Assembly: GCA_020446505.1 (NCBI GenBank)
Contig: JAGREN010000050.1
Coordinates: forward strand, 8,423-72,422
DNA: 64,000 nt
DNA from: Novosphingobium sp.
GTDB lineage: Bacteria; Pseudomonadota; Alphaproteobacteria; Sphingomonadales; Sphingomonadaceae
Reading direction: 5' to 3'
Shown: positions 39,775 through 49,382 of the stretch, piece by piece
How positions within the stretch are numbered: position 1 is the first letter of the stretch
How the letters are laid out: every line of letters starts with the position of its first letter
Notes under the pieces: generated by a model
The model's database searches: none
What the model was told of the DNA's origin: nothing
Seen by the model: only the letters and a program-made list of their open reading frames with translations
Translations under genes and position numbers: made by a program

Positions 39775-41004
39775 TCAATTCCTCAGCAGCTGGCCGGCGA
39801 TGATATTGCGCTGGACCTCGTTCGACCCGCCGTAGATCGTCAGCGAGCGGCGGAACATGAAGTCCGACGAGACGCCATAGGCATCCGGACGTCCCGGCGG
39901 ATCGGCGGGCTCGGTCAGGAAATAGTCGTGCTCCGCGTAATAGGGCAGGCCCGCTTCTTCCAGCGCCTCGATCATCAGAGCGCCAAGCCGCTGCACCAGT
40001 TCGGTGCCGCGCACCTTGAGGATCGACGGGGTCGGCGCGGCGCCGAGAATACCCGCCTCTTCCTCCGCCACCACGCGCCACAGAGTCGCTTCGTGGGCCA
40101 GAACCTCGATCTCCAGTTGCGCCAGACGGCGCTGGAAATGCGGGTCCTCGATCAGCGGACGACCGCGGATTTTGGTTTCGCGAGCGATGTTCTTGATGCG
40201 GCGAAGCTGGCCCTTGTGGCGCTTGACCTCGGCGCTGAAGGTGCGCTCCTCGGCCAGCAGTTCCTTCGCATAGGTCCAGCCCTTGTTCTCCTCGCCGACG
40301 AGGTTGCTTGCTGGAACGCGCACATCCTCGAAGAACACTTCGTTCAGTTCATGCCCGCCGTCGATCGAGATGATCGGACGGATGGTGATGCCGGGCGTAT
40401 CGAGATCGATCAGCAGGAAGGAAATGCCCGCCTGCTTCTTGCCCTCGGTCGAGGTGCGCACCAGCATGAACACCCATTCGGAATAGTGCGCTTCGCTGGT
40501 CCAGATCTTCTGGCCGTTGACAACGTATTCGTCGCCGTCCCGCACCGCGCGGCATTGCAGGGCGGCAAGGTCGGATCCGGCGTTCGGCTCGGAGAAGCCC
40601 TGCGCCCACATGATCTCGCCCGAGCGGATCTTTGGCAGGTGGAAGTCCTTCTGCTCGGGCGTGCCGTAGTGGCAGATCACCGGCCCGACAAGCGTGAGTC
40701 CCTGCGGACTGAGCGCGGGGCACCCGGCGAGGAATACCTCTTCCTCGAAGATGTGGCGCTGCGCAATGGTCCAGTCCGGCCCGCCGTATTCGACCGGCCA
40801 GCCGGGCACCGACCAGCCCACTTCGTTGAGCTTGCTCGTCCACCAGACCACGTCCGGCTTGTACGGGTGGTACATCTTCTTCCACCGCGCGGCCATTTCA
40901 GGCGGCAGGTTCTCGCTGATGAAGTCGCGCACCATCTGGCGAAACTGGTCTTCTGACATTTTCGAATAGTCGGTCACGGGTCTGTCCTGCGTCGAGGTGC
41001 TCAT
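39775..41004 (-). CDS. Acyl-CoA dehydrogenase alpha-type subunit (PimC-like)
   Basis: Start overlaps the ligase stop (ATGA). WAQGFSEPNAGSDLA, ELNEVFF, LAEERT, TIYGGSNEVQRNII. Confidence 0.92.
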   Translation of the reverse strand: MSTSTQDRPVTDYSKMSEDQFRQMVRDFISENLPPEMAARWKKMYHPYKPDVVWWTSKLNEVGWSVPGWPVEYGGPDWTIAQRHIFEEEVFLAGCPALSPQGLTLVGPVICHYGTPEQKDFHLPKIRSGEIMWAQGFSEPNAGSDLAALQCRAVRDGDEYVVNGQKIWTSEAHYSEWVFMLVRTSTEGKKQAGISFLLIDLDTPGITIRPIISIDGGHELNEVFFEDVRVPASNLVGEENKGWTYAKELLAEERTFSAEVKRHKGQLRRIKNIARETKIRGRPLIEDPHFQRRLAQLEIEVLAHEATLWRVVAEEEAGILGAAPTPSILKVRGTELVQRLGALMIEALEEAGLPYYAEHDYFLTEPADPPGRPDAYGVSSDFMFRRSLTIYGGSNEVQRNIIAGQLLRN

Positions 41005-42548
41005 ACGGGCAGCTTGAATTTCTGGACCTTGCCGGTCGGGGTGGTCGGCAAGCTGTCGCAGACCACCACCTTGCGCGGCACCTTGTAGTTGGCCATGCGC
41101 TCGCGGCTCCAGGCGATCAGCTCGTCCTCTTCGATGGTCATGCCTTCTTTCGGAACGACATAGACGCAGCACACCTCGCCCATGCGTTCGTCGGGAATGC
41201 CGACAACCGCGACCTGGAAAATGGCCGGATGCGCGATCAGCATGCGTTCGACTTCGGCCGGATAGACGTTGAAGCCGCCGGTGATGAACATTTCCTTCTT
41301 GCGGTCGGTGATCGCAACATAGCCCTGTTCGTCCATGAAGCCGATGTCGCCCGAGTGGAGCCAGCCGTCGGGCGTGATCGTCGCCTTCGTCGCTTCGGGA
41401 TCGTCGAGATAGCCGATCATGACGCTGATGCCGCGGATCATGACCTCGCCGGTTTCGCCGCGCGGCACGATGTTGAGGTCGTCGTCCATGATCTCGACCT
41501 CGACGCCTTCGATCGCCTTGCCCGCGGTGTTGACGATCGTCTCGGGCGGGTCGCCCACGCTCGACATGGTCGCGGTGCCGCTGCACTCGGTCAGGCCGTA
41601 GCCGGTCAGCACCGTGGGAACGCCCAGATCGTTCTGGATTGCCTCGATCAGCGACGGGCCGACTGAGGCCGCGCCAGTCACCGAGACTCGCACCGAATCG
41701 AGCGCGCCCGGCTTCCGGTCCGGCATGGCCAGCAGGGTCTGGAACAGAGTCGGCGGCCCCGGCATGAAGGTCGCCTTGTCGCGCTCCACCCGCTCAAGCA
41801 GTTTCGGTCCGTCGAGCACGGGCTCGGGCAGCGCCGCACCGCCCATAGCCATGCAGACGACCCAGCCGGCCTTGTATCCGGCAGAGTGGAAATAGGGCCA
41901 CAGCAGCAGGAACCTGTCGCGATAGCCGAACGAGGTCGCCTTGGCCCACAGCCGCGCGGTCTTGACCGTCTGGCCATGCGCGGAGAGCACGCCCTTTGGC
42001 TCACCCGTGGTGCCGCTGGTGAACATGATATCGCACAGGTCTTCGGGTTTCAGAGCAGCAAGGCGCGCCTCTGCCTCCTTACGGTCAGCTGCCGATGCCC
42101 CGGCGATGAAAGCCTGCCAGCCATCGCCGCTCAGATCGACAGTCTTGCGCAACAGCGGCAGGTCCAGCCCGCGCACAATATCCGCATGACGCACGCCGAG
42201 AAATTCCGGGGCTGCGACCGCCATGATCGCCTTCGCCTTGGCGAGCGCAAATTGCACTTCGCCGCCCTTGAAGCGGGTGTTGAGCGGAACCATCACTCCG
42301 CCCGCAGCCTGTATGCCGAGGCAGGCGATCATCCATGCCGCCGAATTCGGCCCCCACAGCCCGACGCGCTCACCCGGCTTGAGCCCGGCAGCCACGAAGG
42401 CGGCGGCTGTTTCCAACATTCTTTGTTCAAGCTGCGCGAATGTCAGATGCAGGTCGCCGTCGATGGTCGCGAGATCGTCGGGCCACAGTTTCGCCGCGTC
42501 GGTTACCAGACCAGGTATCGTCAGGGCAGTGGTAGTCGGCGCGCTCAT
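41001..42548 (-). CDS. FadD3-family acyl-CoA ligase
   Basis: TIPGL...D...TFAQL, WGPNS, VPLNTRFKG, FTSGTTGEPKG, YGLTE, GGFNVYPAEVE, GKVQK. Confidence 0.88.
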   Translation of the reverse strand: MSAPTTTALTIPGLVTDAAKLWPDDLATIDGDLHLTFAQLEQRMLETAAAFVAAGLKPGERVGLWGPNSAAWMIACLGIQAAGGVMVPLNTRFKGGEVQFALAKAKAIMAVAAPEFLGVRHADIVRGLDLPLLRKTVDLSGDGWQAFIAGASAADRKEAEARLAALKPEDLCDIMFTSGTTGEPKGVLSAHGQTVKTARLWAKATSFGYRDRFLLLWPYFHSAGYKAGWVVCMAMGGAALPEPVLDGPKLLERVERDKATFMPGPPTLFQTLLAMPDRKPGALDSVRVSVTGAASVGPSLIEAIQNDLGVPTVLTGYGLTECSGTATMSSVGDPPETIVNTAGKAIEGVEVEIMDDDLNIVPRGETGEVMIRGISVMIGYLDDPEATKATITPDGWLHSGDIGFMDEQGYVAITDRKKEMFITGGFNVYPAEVERMLIAHPAIFQVAVVGIPDERMGEVCCVYVVPKEGMTIEEDELIAWSRERMANYKVPRKVVVCDSLPTTPTGKVQKFKLPV

Positions 42549-43336
42549 TTCGCCTCCTGGCGCTTGCGCATCTCGGTGATCGCGGCGCGGCAGAGCATCA
42601 GGTTGCGCGATTCGAACTCGATCGCCTGTTCCAGCGTCTGGTGCAGCACCGCGTTGAGATTAGTCTTGGCATAATACATGCCCTTGGCAGGCATGGAGGC
42701 GAGCTTGCTGGCCAATTCCATCGTCTCGGCCTCGAGCGCGTCGTCGGCGCAGATCTGGTCGATCAGCCCGAATTCGAGCGCTTCCTCGGCATTGCGCTTC
42801 TTGTCGATGAAGAACAGTTGCCGCGCCTTGCCGGTGCCGAGAATCTGGGTCCACAGCCAGTTGCCGCCGTAGTCGCTCGACAGGCCCATGGCGATGAAGG
42901 CGGAGCGAAACCGCGCCGACGCCCCGGCATAGCGGATGTCGCAGGCACCAGCGAGATTGAGGCCCGCACCCGCGCAGGCGCCGTTGATCATCGCGATCAC
43001 CGGCTTGGGCGCCTGGTGCAGAATGCGGCTCGCCTGAGAGCATTTGGCGAGCCAGGCTGTGCGCTTTTCGAAGCTCGACTTGGGCGGAGCCGCACTCTTG
43101 ACCTGATCGTCGGCCATCTTGCCGATGGCGCGGGTGTCGCCGCCCGCGCAGAACACGTCGCCAGCACCGGTCAGCACGATGCAGCGCACGTCCTCGTCCT
43201 CGGCCAGTTCCCGGGCAGCATGGGGCAGTTCGCGCATCAGGTCGCCGTTGAGCGAGTTCATGGCATCAGGACGATTCAGCGTCAGCACGGCAACGCCGTC
43301 GTCGCGCCGGTCGATCAGGACATTTTCGTAAGGCAT
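42545..43336 (-). CDS. Crotonase-fold protein, PaaG-like isomerase type
   Basis: FCAGGD, GAGLNLA (no Glu), AFIAMGLSSDYGG (Asp). Confidence 0.88.
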   Translation of the reverse strand: MPYENVLIDRRDDGVAVLTLNRPDAMNSLNGDLMRELPHAARELAEDEDVRCIVLTGAGDVFCAGGDTRAIGKMADDQVKSAAPPKSSFEKRTAWLAKCSQASRILHQAPKPVIAMINGACAGAGLNLAGACDIRYAGASARFRSAFIAMGLSSDYGGNWLWTQILGTGKARQLFFIDKKRNAEEALEFGLIDQICADDALEAETMELASKLASMPAKGMYYAKTNLNAVLHQTLEQAIEFESRNLMLCRAAITEMRKRQEAK

Positions 43337-43457
43337 CTGGCTTTTCAGGACTCCGCTCGGTGCAAGGCACCTTTAATTAGAGTGCACTGAATTGCAAGGT
43401 GGCCGCAGGCCGCTCCGCACCGGGTCCGCAACGGCCCGGCGCGGCGCTACTTCGCGA

Positions 43458-45134
43458 TCAGCTCAGTTCCCTGGCCTTGTCGAGCACGAAGCCTTCGTAA
43501 CCCTTGGCGGCCACCTCTTCGGTTTCCGCCTTGTAGCCCGGATAGCCGGCCACATAGAGCAGGAACCGGCGCGGCTTGCCCGGAATGTTGGAGCCGAGAT
43601 ACCAGCTGTCGCCCTTGGTATAGATCGTCGCGTCGGCAAGCTCGTTGCAGCGGTTGACCCAGGCATTCTCCGCCTCGATCGTCGGCTCGATGGACGTATA
43701 ACCGTTGTCGTCGAGCCAGGTGATCGCCTTGCAGATCCAGTCGACCTGCTGCTCGTTGGCGGTAATGACGTTGGCGAGAGCCGAGCAGCTCTGCGGTCCG
43801 CCGATGACGAACATGCCCGGAAATCCATTGATCATGATGCCAAGGTAGGACTTCGGACCGTCCGCCCACGCATCCTTGAGCAGCAGGCCGTCGCGCCCGC
43901 GAATCTCCATGCGAGTCAGCGATCCGGTCATCGCGTCGAAACCGGTGGCGCAAACGATCATGTCCGCCTCGATCTCGCGGCCTGACTTCAGACGCACGCC
44001 GGTTTCCGTGATCCGGTCGATCGGATCGCCCTTCACGTCCACCAGTTCGACATTGTCCTGATTGAAGATCGAATAGTAATTGGTGTCGAGGATCACGCGC
44101 TTGGTGCCGAAATACTGCGTGGAGATCAGCTTCTCGGCGGTTGCGGGGTCTTTGACCGTCTCACGAATCTTCGAAGCGATATAGTCTCCTGCCAGCGTGC
44201 TTGCCTCCTTGGTCTTGAGCGCGTCGGGAAAGGCGCGCTGGAAGGCATAGCCGCCATAGGCCCAGGCACCGTCGAAGATCTTCTTCCGTTCCTCGGCCGT
44301 GACATCGAAGATCGACTTGTCGCCGGGGACGAGCGGGGGATCGCTGGGCAGGCTCTGGTAGAAGGTCGCGCCGATCAGGGTCTGCCAGAAATCGCGAAGC
44401 TCCGGATAACGGCGCTTGATCTCTTCCTGCTCGCCGGGGTTGAGCGGACGGTTGCCGGCCGGGATGATGTGGTGGGCGGTGCGTTGCAGCACATAATGCT
44501 GCGCGGCATCCTTGGAGATTTCCTGCGCGATCTGCACGCCGGACGATCCGGTGCCGATCTGCACGACGCGCTTGCCCGCAAAGCTGACCGGCTCCTTGGG
44601 CCACATGCCGGTATGGTAGAATTCGCCCTTGAAGGTATCGAGACCGGGGAAGTCGGGAATGTTCGGCGTCGACAGCGGGCCTGCCGCCATGATCAACCAG
44701 CGGCAGCGATAGACCTCGCCCTGTTCGGTCGTGACAGCCCAGCTATCGTCTTGGTCATTATGGATGGCCGAAGCGACACGCGTGTTGAAATCAATGTCCC
44801 TGGCGAGATCCAGCCGGTCAACCGCGAACTGCGTATAGCGCAGAATCTCGTCCTGCGTGGCGAACCGCTCGCTCCAGTTCCATTCCTGCTCAACCTCGGG
44901 CGAAATCGCGAGCGAATACTGCAGGCTCTCCACGTCGCAGCGAGCACCGGGATAGCGGTTCCAGTACCAAGTGCCGCCAGCCTGCGAGCCGGCCTCGATC
45001 ACGCGGGTTTTGTAGCCCATCTTCTCGCGCAGGTAGTGCAGCGCGGCAAGGCCCGCGAACCCGGCTCCGACGACAACGACGTCGAACTCCTTCACGCCTG
45101 CGCTCTTCCCCGCTTCGCTCGAAACCATATCCAT
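43458..45134 (-). CDS. Type I Baeyer-Villiger monooxygenase, copy 2
   Basis: GAGFAG, GGTWYWNRYPGARCDVES, canonical FKGEFYHTGMWP, GTGSSG, GTKR. Confidence 0.94.
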   Translation of the reverse strand: MDMVSSEAGKSAGVKEFDVVVVGAGFAGLAALHYLREKMGYKTRVIEAGSQAGGTWYWNRYPGARCDVESLQYSLAISPEVEQEWNWSERFATQDEILRYTQFAVDRLDLARDIDFNTRVASAIHNDQDDSWAVTTEQGEVYRCRWLIMAAGPLSTPNIPDFPGLDTFKGEFYHTGMWPKEPVSFAGKRVVQIGTGSSGVQIAQEISKDAAQHYVLQRTAHHIIPAGNRPLNPGEQEEIKRRYPELRDFWQTLIGATFYQSLPSDPPLVPGDKSIFDVTAEERKKIFDGAWAYGGYAFQRAFPDALKTKEASTLAGDYIASKIRETVKDPATAEKLISTQYFGTKRVILDTNYYSIFNQDNVELVDVKGDPIDRITETGVRLKSGREIEADMIVCATGFDAMTGSLTRMEIRGRDGLLLKDAWADGPKSYLGIMINGFPGMFVIGGPQSCSALANVITANEQQVDWICKAITWLDDNGYTSIEPTIEAENAWVNRCNELADATIYTKGDSWYLGSNIPGKPRRFLLYVAGYPGYKAETEEVAAKGYEGFVLDKARELS

Positions 45135-45230
45135 CTCTGTTCCTCGTCCCGGCAAAATGCCATTTAACTTTCGGTGGCCGAATCGTGGCGCAAATCGCAT
45201 CGCGGGCGCCAGTCGCCGCCGCCTACAAAA

Positions 45231-45344
45231 TGCACCATGCGGTATCAATCATTGATCGCGCGCAAACCCGATTGATCGCTCATGCATCGAATTGTGCAAG
45301 TGCCGTCGCGTAATCCGTAATTACGGCTCTGCAATTATCTAACC
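45231..45344. promoter_or_regulatory. Motif-rich divergent promoter: motif A reverse (45231-45247), ATCAAT-C-ATTGAT palindrome (45244-45256), ATTGATCGC direct repeat (45251, 45271), CCGTAATTACGG (45315-45326), CAATTATCTAACC (45332-45344)
   Basis: Read directly; the last two motifs recur at 60722-60770. Confidence 0.6.
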
Positions 45345-45440
45345 TGTTCACGGCTGGAAATTGCCAAGCGCATGTGCCAGAGCCAATAGTCTGCCCGATT
45401 CCCGTCGGGAAAGCAAAACCTGTCAAAGCGGAGATGGACG

Positions 45441-46259
45441 ATGTCCGAATTGGTACTCTACGACGTGAAAGATCGCGTTGCCACGATCACTCTCAACCGC
45501 CCGGAACGGCGCAACGCGCAGAATCCGGAGCTGCTCGACCTGCTGAACGATTGCTGGGAGCGGGCAGCGGCTGACGACGAGGTTCGCGTGATCCTGTTGC
45601 GCGCCGAAGGACCGCACTTCTCCGCCGGACACGATATGTCGGGCGTGAGGGACGAGAAGTCGCTCAGCTCGATCAGCGATTCGATCAAGGAAACCGGCAC
45701 GCTCGGCCTCTATCGCTGGGAATCGAAGCGTTACCTTGGCTATTCGCGGCGCTGGCGCGAGATTCCCAAGCCTTCGATCGCTGCCGTTCAGGGCGCCTGC
45801 ATTGCCGGCGCGCTGCTGCTGGTCTGGCCCTGCGACCTCATCATCGCGGCCGAGAACGCACGCTTCTCCGATCCGGTCGTCATGATGGGCATCGGCGGCG
45901 TCGAATATCATGGCCACACCTGGGAACTGGGCGCCCGCAAGGCCAAGGAAATGTTGTTCACCGCCAAGCCGATCCTTGCCGACGAGGCGGAGCGTCGCGG
46001 CATGGTCAACAAGGTCGTGCCGGTCGAGGAACTCGACAACGCCGCTCGCGAAATGGCGCTCGAAATCGCGCAGATGCACCCGCATGCACTCGAAATGGCC
46101 AAGCGCGTCGTCAACCAGACGCTCGACATCCAGGGCCAGTATGCCGCGATCCAGTCGTGCTTCGACATCCACCACCTCGGCCACAACTCGGCCTATGTGC
46201 AGACCGGACAGTTCGTGCTGGTCGATCACACCGCGGTGAAGGCAGCCGGCAAGGTCTGA
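45441..46259 (+). CDS. Crotonase-fold protein (EchA13-like subfamily)
   Basis: LNRPERRNAQ, FSAGHD, AGALLLVWPCD, FSDPVV.MGIGGVEY. Confidence 0.88.
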   Translation: MSELVLYDVKDRVATITLNRPERRNAQNPELLDLLNDCWERAAADDEVRVILLRAEGPHFSAGHDMSGVRDEKSLSSISDSIKETGTLGLYRWESKRYLGYSRRWREIPKPSIAAVQGACIAGALLLVWPCDLIIAAENARFSDPVVMMGIGGVEYHGHTWELGARKAKEMLFTAKPILADEAERRGMVNKVVPVEELDNAAREMALEIAQMHPHALEMAKRVVNQTLDIQGQYAAIQSCFDIHHLGHNSAYVQTGQFVLVDHTAVKAAGKV

Positions 46260-46287
46260 CCGGGCCGGCTTGGGAGAGGACAAAGGC

Positions 46288-47112
46288 ATGAGCGACAACA
46301 CCGATCTCCTCGTCACCGACGAGGGCGGCGTGATGACCGTCACGCTCAACCGGCCCGACCGGCTGAACACGCTGACCTGGGCCATGGTCGAGGAACTGGA
46401 CCAGCTTGTCGCTCGCGCCAATCGCGATCCCGGCGTCAAGGTCTTCGTCCTGCAGGGCGCGGGGCGCGGGTTCTGCGCCGGGCACGACCTGTCGGCGATG
46501 GGCGATGGCGATGAACTGTCCGACAAGTGGAAGGACGATCCGATCTGGTTCGAGCCCGAGCAGGTCGCGGCGCGCATGCTGCAGGACAGCCAGATCTTCA
46601 TCAACCTGTTCCGCATGAACAAGCCGACAATGGCGGTCATGCGCGGCCCGGCGGCAGGCAGCGGCCTGGCGCTTGCCACTGCCTGCGACCTTCGGATCGT
46701 TTCGGAGACGGCCTTCTTCAAGACCTCCTATGCCAGCGCAGGTCGTTGCGGCGAGCCGGGATCGGCCTTTCTCCTGCAACGGCTGGTCGGCCCTGCCAAG
46801 GCGCGGGAATTCATGCTGCTCGATGAAAAGATCGATGCGCAGACTGCCCTTGCCTATGGCCTTGCCAACAAGGTCTTTGCCGACGACGCGCTCGATGCAG
46901 AGGCGGCCAGGATCGCTGCCAGGTTCGCGAATGGTCCGGGCATGTCCTATGCCGGTATCAAGCGTAATCTCAACGCGGCAGAGCGCATGTCGTTCGAAGA
47001 CACGGTCTCGACCGAAGCCATGCAGAACGCGCGTGCCTCCATGTCGCACGACGGCAAGGAAGCAGGCATGGCCTTCATGGAAAAGAGGGCGCCGGCGTTC
47101 CGGGGTTACTGA
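46288..47112 (+). CDS. Crotonase-fold protein (isomerase-like)
   Basis: LNRPDRLN, FCAGHD, GSGLALA, SYASAGRCGEPG. Confidence 0.88.
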   Translation: MSDNTDLLVTDEGGVMTVTLNRPDRLNTLTWAMVEELDQLVARANRDPGVKVFVLQGAGRGFCAGHDLSAMGDGDELSDKWKDDPIWFEPEQVAARMLQDSQIFINLFRMNKPTMAVMRGPAAGSGLALATACDLRIVSETAFFKTSYASAGRCGEPGSAFLLQRLVGPAKAREFMLLDEKIDAQTALAYGLANKVFADDALDAEAARIAARFANGPGMSYAGIKRNLNAAERMSFEDTVSTEAMQNARASMSHDGKEAGMAFMEKRAPAFRGY

Positions 47113-47127
47113 CGAAAGGGCACAGAC

Positions 47128-47565
47128 ATGGGCAAACGCAAGGCAAAGGCCGACGTGCGCGAGGTAGTCGATGGCTATTCGGGCGCTGCAAGCCGCCTCG
47201 ATATCGACGAATTCCTGACCTATTTCGTCGATGACGCGCAAGTCCACGGCGTGCTCGAACTGTTCGGGCAGACCGGCCCGATGGTCGGCAAGGAAGCCCT
47301 GCGCGCCTTCTTCGGCCCGGCTCTGGGCGGTCTGGACTGGTTGATGCAGCACAATTCGATCACCGATGTGAACATCGGCAAGGACGGCAAGACCGCGACG
47401 ACCAGCCTTGCGGTGCAAGAGCGAGCCAGCGGTCCGAATGGCGAGATCATCATGCTCGGCCGCTATGATGACAAGTTGATGCTGACTGACGATGGCTGGA
47501 AATTTACCGAGCGTCGGCTTACCGTCTACAAGTTCGCGCCGGTTACGGATGCTGGCGCGGCGTAA
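47128..47565 (+). CDS. NTF2/SnoaL-like protein
   Basis: D.DEF..YF..DA, G.EAL, GRYDDK...TDDGWKFTER. Confidence 0.85.
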   Translation: MGKRKAKADVREVVDGYSGAASRLDIDEFLTYFVDDAQVHGVLELFGQTGPMVGKEALRAFFGPALGGLDWLMQHNSITDVNIGKDGKTATTSLAVQERASGPNGEIIMLGRYDDKLMLTDDGWKFTERRLTVYKFAPVTDAGAA

Positions 47566-47611
47566 GCCGGAGAATACAGGGGGAGCAACAATTGACAGGC
47601 CACGAGCGTCC

Positions 47612-48442
47612 ATGTCGAAGCTGAGAAAGAGCGCTGCCGACGAAGCGGCGCCGGGCGGCGCGGATCGCTCCCAGCCGAAGGTAAAGATCGCCGGACGAGT
47701 CGCCGCCGAACTGCGCCGCGAGATCGTGACCGGCAAGTTGCGTCTCGGTGACAAGCTGCACAACGAGCGCGAGTTGCAGGAACAGTTCGATATCTCCCGC
47801 CCGACCCTGCGCGAAGCCCTGCGCATGCTCGAATCCGAATCGCTGATTGTCGTCACCCGTGGCCAGCACGGCGGCGCCCGCGTGCAGGAGCCGGAGCCGA
47901 CCGTGCTCGCCCGTCAGGTCGGAGCGTTCCTGCAGATGAAGGGCGCGACCCTGCGCGATGTCTGGACGGCGCGCACGCTGATCGAGCCAGGCGCGGCGCG
48001 GATGCTGGCTGAAAGCCGCTCGGCAGAAGCGGTCGATGCCATGCGCGACAATATCCGGCGCGCGACAGAGGCGCTCGACGATCCTGTCGCTTACGGTCAT
48101 CTGACCAACGATTTCTCGCTGATCCTTACGCGCTACTGCGGCAGCCTGACGCTCGACATGTTCGCAACGCTGATTCAGGACATCGTCGCCGCCCAGCACG
48201 TCGATGTGACCGTGCGCACCTATTCGAAGGCAGGGGGCAGCCGCATGCGCGAGCTGAACATCCGCAGCCGCGAGAAACTGATCGGCCTTGTCGAGGCTGG
48301 CGACGCCGCCGGAGCAGAGGCATTCTGGCGCGAGCACCTCGAAGAAAGCGGCAAGGTGGTGTTCAGCGCCTATCAGGCCGGAATGCCCATCGACATGGTG
48401 CCCGTGCCCGAACAGGGCGAACCGCGAAAGGCGGCTGGCTAG
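47612..48442 (+). CDS. GntR/FadR family transcriptional regulator, copy 2
   Basis: LHNERELQEQFDISRPTLREAL...RGQHGG HTH plus an FCD-like C-terminus; start approximate. Confidence 0.9.
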   Translation: MSKLRKSAADEAAPGGADRSQPKVKIAGRVAAELRREIVTGKLRLGDKLHNERELQEQFDISRPTLREALRMLESESLIVVTRGQHGGARVQEPEPTVLARQVGAFLQMKGATLRDVWTARTLIEPGAARMLAESRSAEAVDAMRDNIRRATEALDDPVAYGHLTNDFSLILTRYCGSLTLDMFATLIQDIVAAQHVDVTVRTYSKAGGSRMRELNIRSREKLIGLVEAGDAAGAEAFWREHLEESGKVVFSAYQAGMPIDMVPVPEQGEPRKAAG

Positions 48443-48490
48443 GCCGCACCTTCCGGCCCATCGCCAGTCTGAAGGAGAGCAGACGACCCC

Positions 48491-49348
48491 ATGCGCACCG
48501 TCCATTCCGGCATCGTCGACACGCTGATCGGCTTCCGTTCGCACCGGGTGACACCCGCAGTGGCCGCCCTGCGCCAGAGCGACAAGGCCGCCCATCATCC
48601 TCATGGCTACATGTTCAAGGACGTGCCCGAGGAACTGGACCAGGACAGCGAGTTCGACTCGGTCGCCGAGACCATCGCGCTGATGGACCAGTACGGCATC
48701 GAGGTCGGCCTTGTCAGCCACAGCATGGATCAGACGCCTGAGGCCCTGCGCCGCTATCCCGGCCGGTTCGTCGGCAGTCTCGCGATCGACGGCAATCGCG
48801 GCATGGACCAGATCCGCGAGATCGTCGCCATGCATGGCGAAGGCAGCATCGGCGCGGTCACGACCTTTCCGGCAGGGGTCCACCCGCAGATCCCGATCAA
48901 CGACAAGCTGTGGTATCCGATCTATGCCAAGTGCATCGAACTGGACATTCCCGTGTTCGTCGCCGTCGGCGTGCCCGGCCCGCGCGTGAAGATGATGCCG
49001 CAGTGGCCCGGCTATCTCGACGAGGTCTGCTACGATTTTCCCGAGCTGAAGATCGTCATGCGCCACGGTGCCGAGCCGTGGGCAGACCTTGCCGTCAAGC
49101 TGATGCTCAAATGGCCGAACCTGCACTATTCGACCTCGGGCTTCGCGCCCAGGCACCTGCCGCGCGAAGTGATCGACTTCGCCAACACGCGCGGGCGGGA
49201 AAAATTCATCTACGCAGGCTACTTCCCGTTCGGCCTCGAACTCGAACGAACTTTTCGGGAGCTTGACGAACTCCCCCTTCGTGAGGAAGTCTGGCCGGCA
49301 TTCATGCGCGACAATGCCCGGCGAGTGCTCAATCTCGACAAGGATTGA
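48491..49348 (+). CDS. Amidohydrolase_2-like TIM-barrel protein with atypical metal site
   Basis: YPIYAKCIELDIP, GVPGP, FPELKIVMRHG.EPW, NLHYSTS, YAGYFP. Confidence 0.8.
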   Translation: MRTVHSGIVDTLIGFRSHRVTPAVAALRQSDKAAHHPHGYMFKDVPEELDQDSEFDSVAETIALMDQYGIEVGLVSHSMDQTPEALRRYPGRFVGSLAIDGNRGMDQIREIVAMHGEGSIGAVTTFPAGVHPQIPINDKLWYPIYAKCIELDIPVFVAVGVPGPRVKMMPQWPGYLDEVCYDFPELKIVMRHGAEPWADLAVKLMLKWPNLHYSTSGFAPRHLPREVIDFANTRGREKFIYAGYFPFGLELERTFRELDELPLREEVWPAFMRDNARRVLNLDKD

Positions 49349-49382
49349 ACACCGGGGCTGATCGTTACCGGGAGAGACAAGC

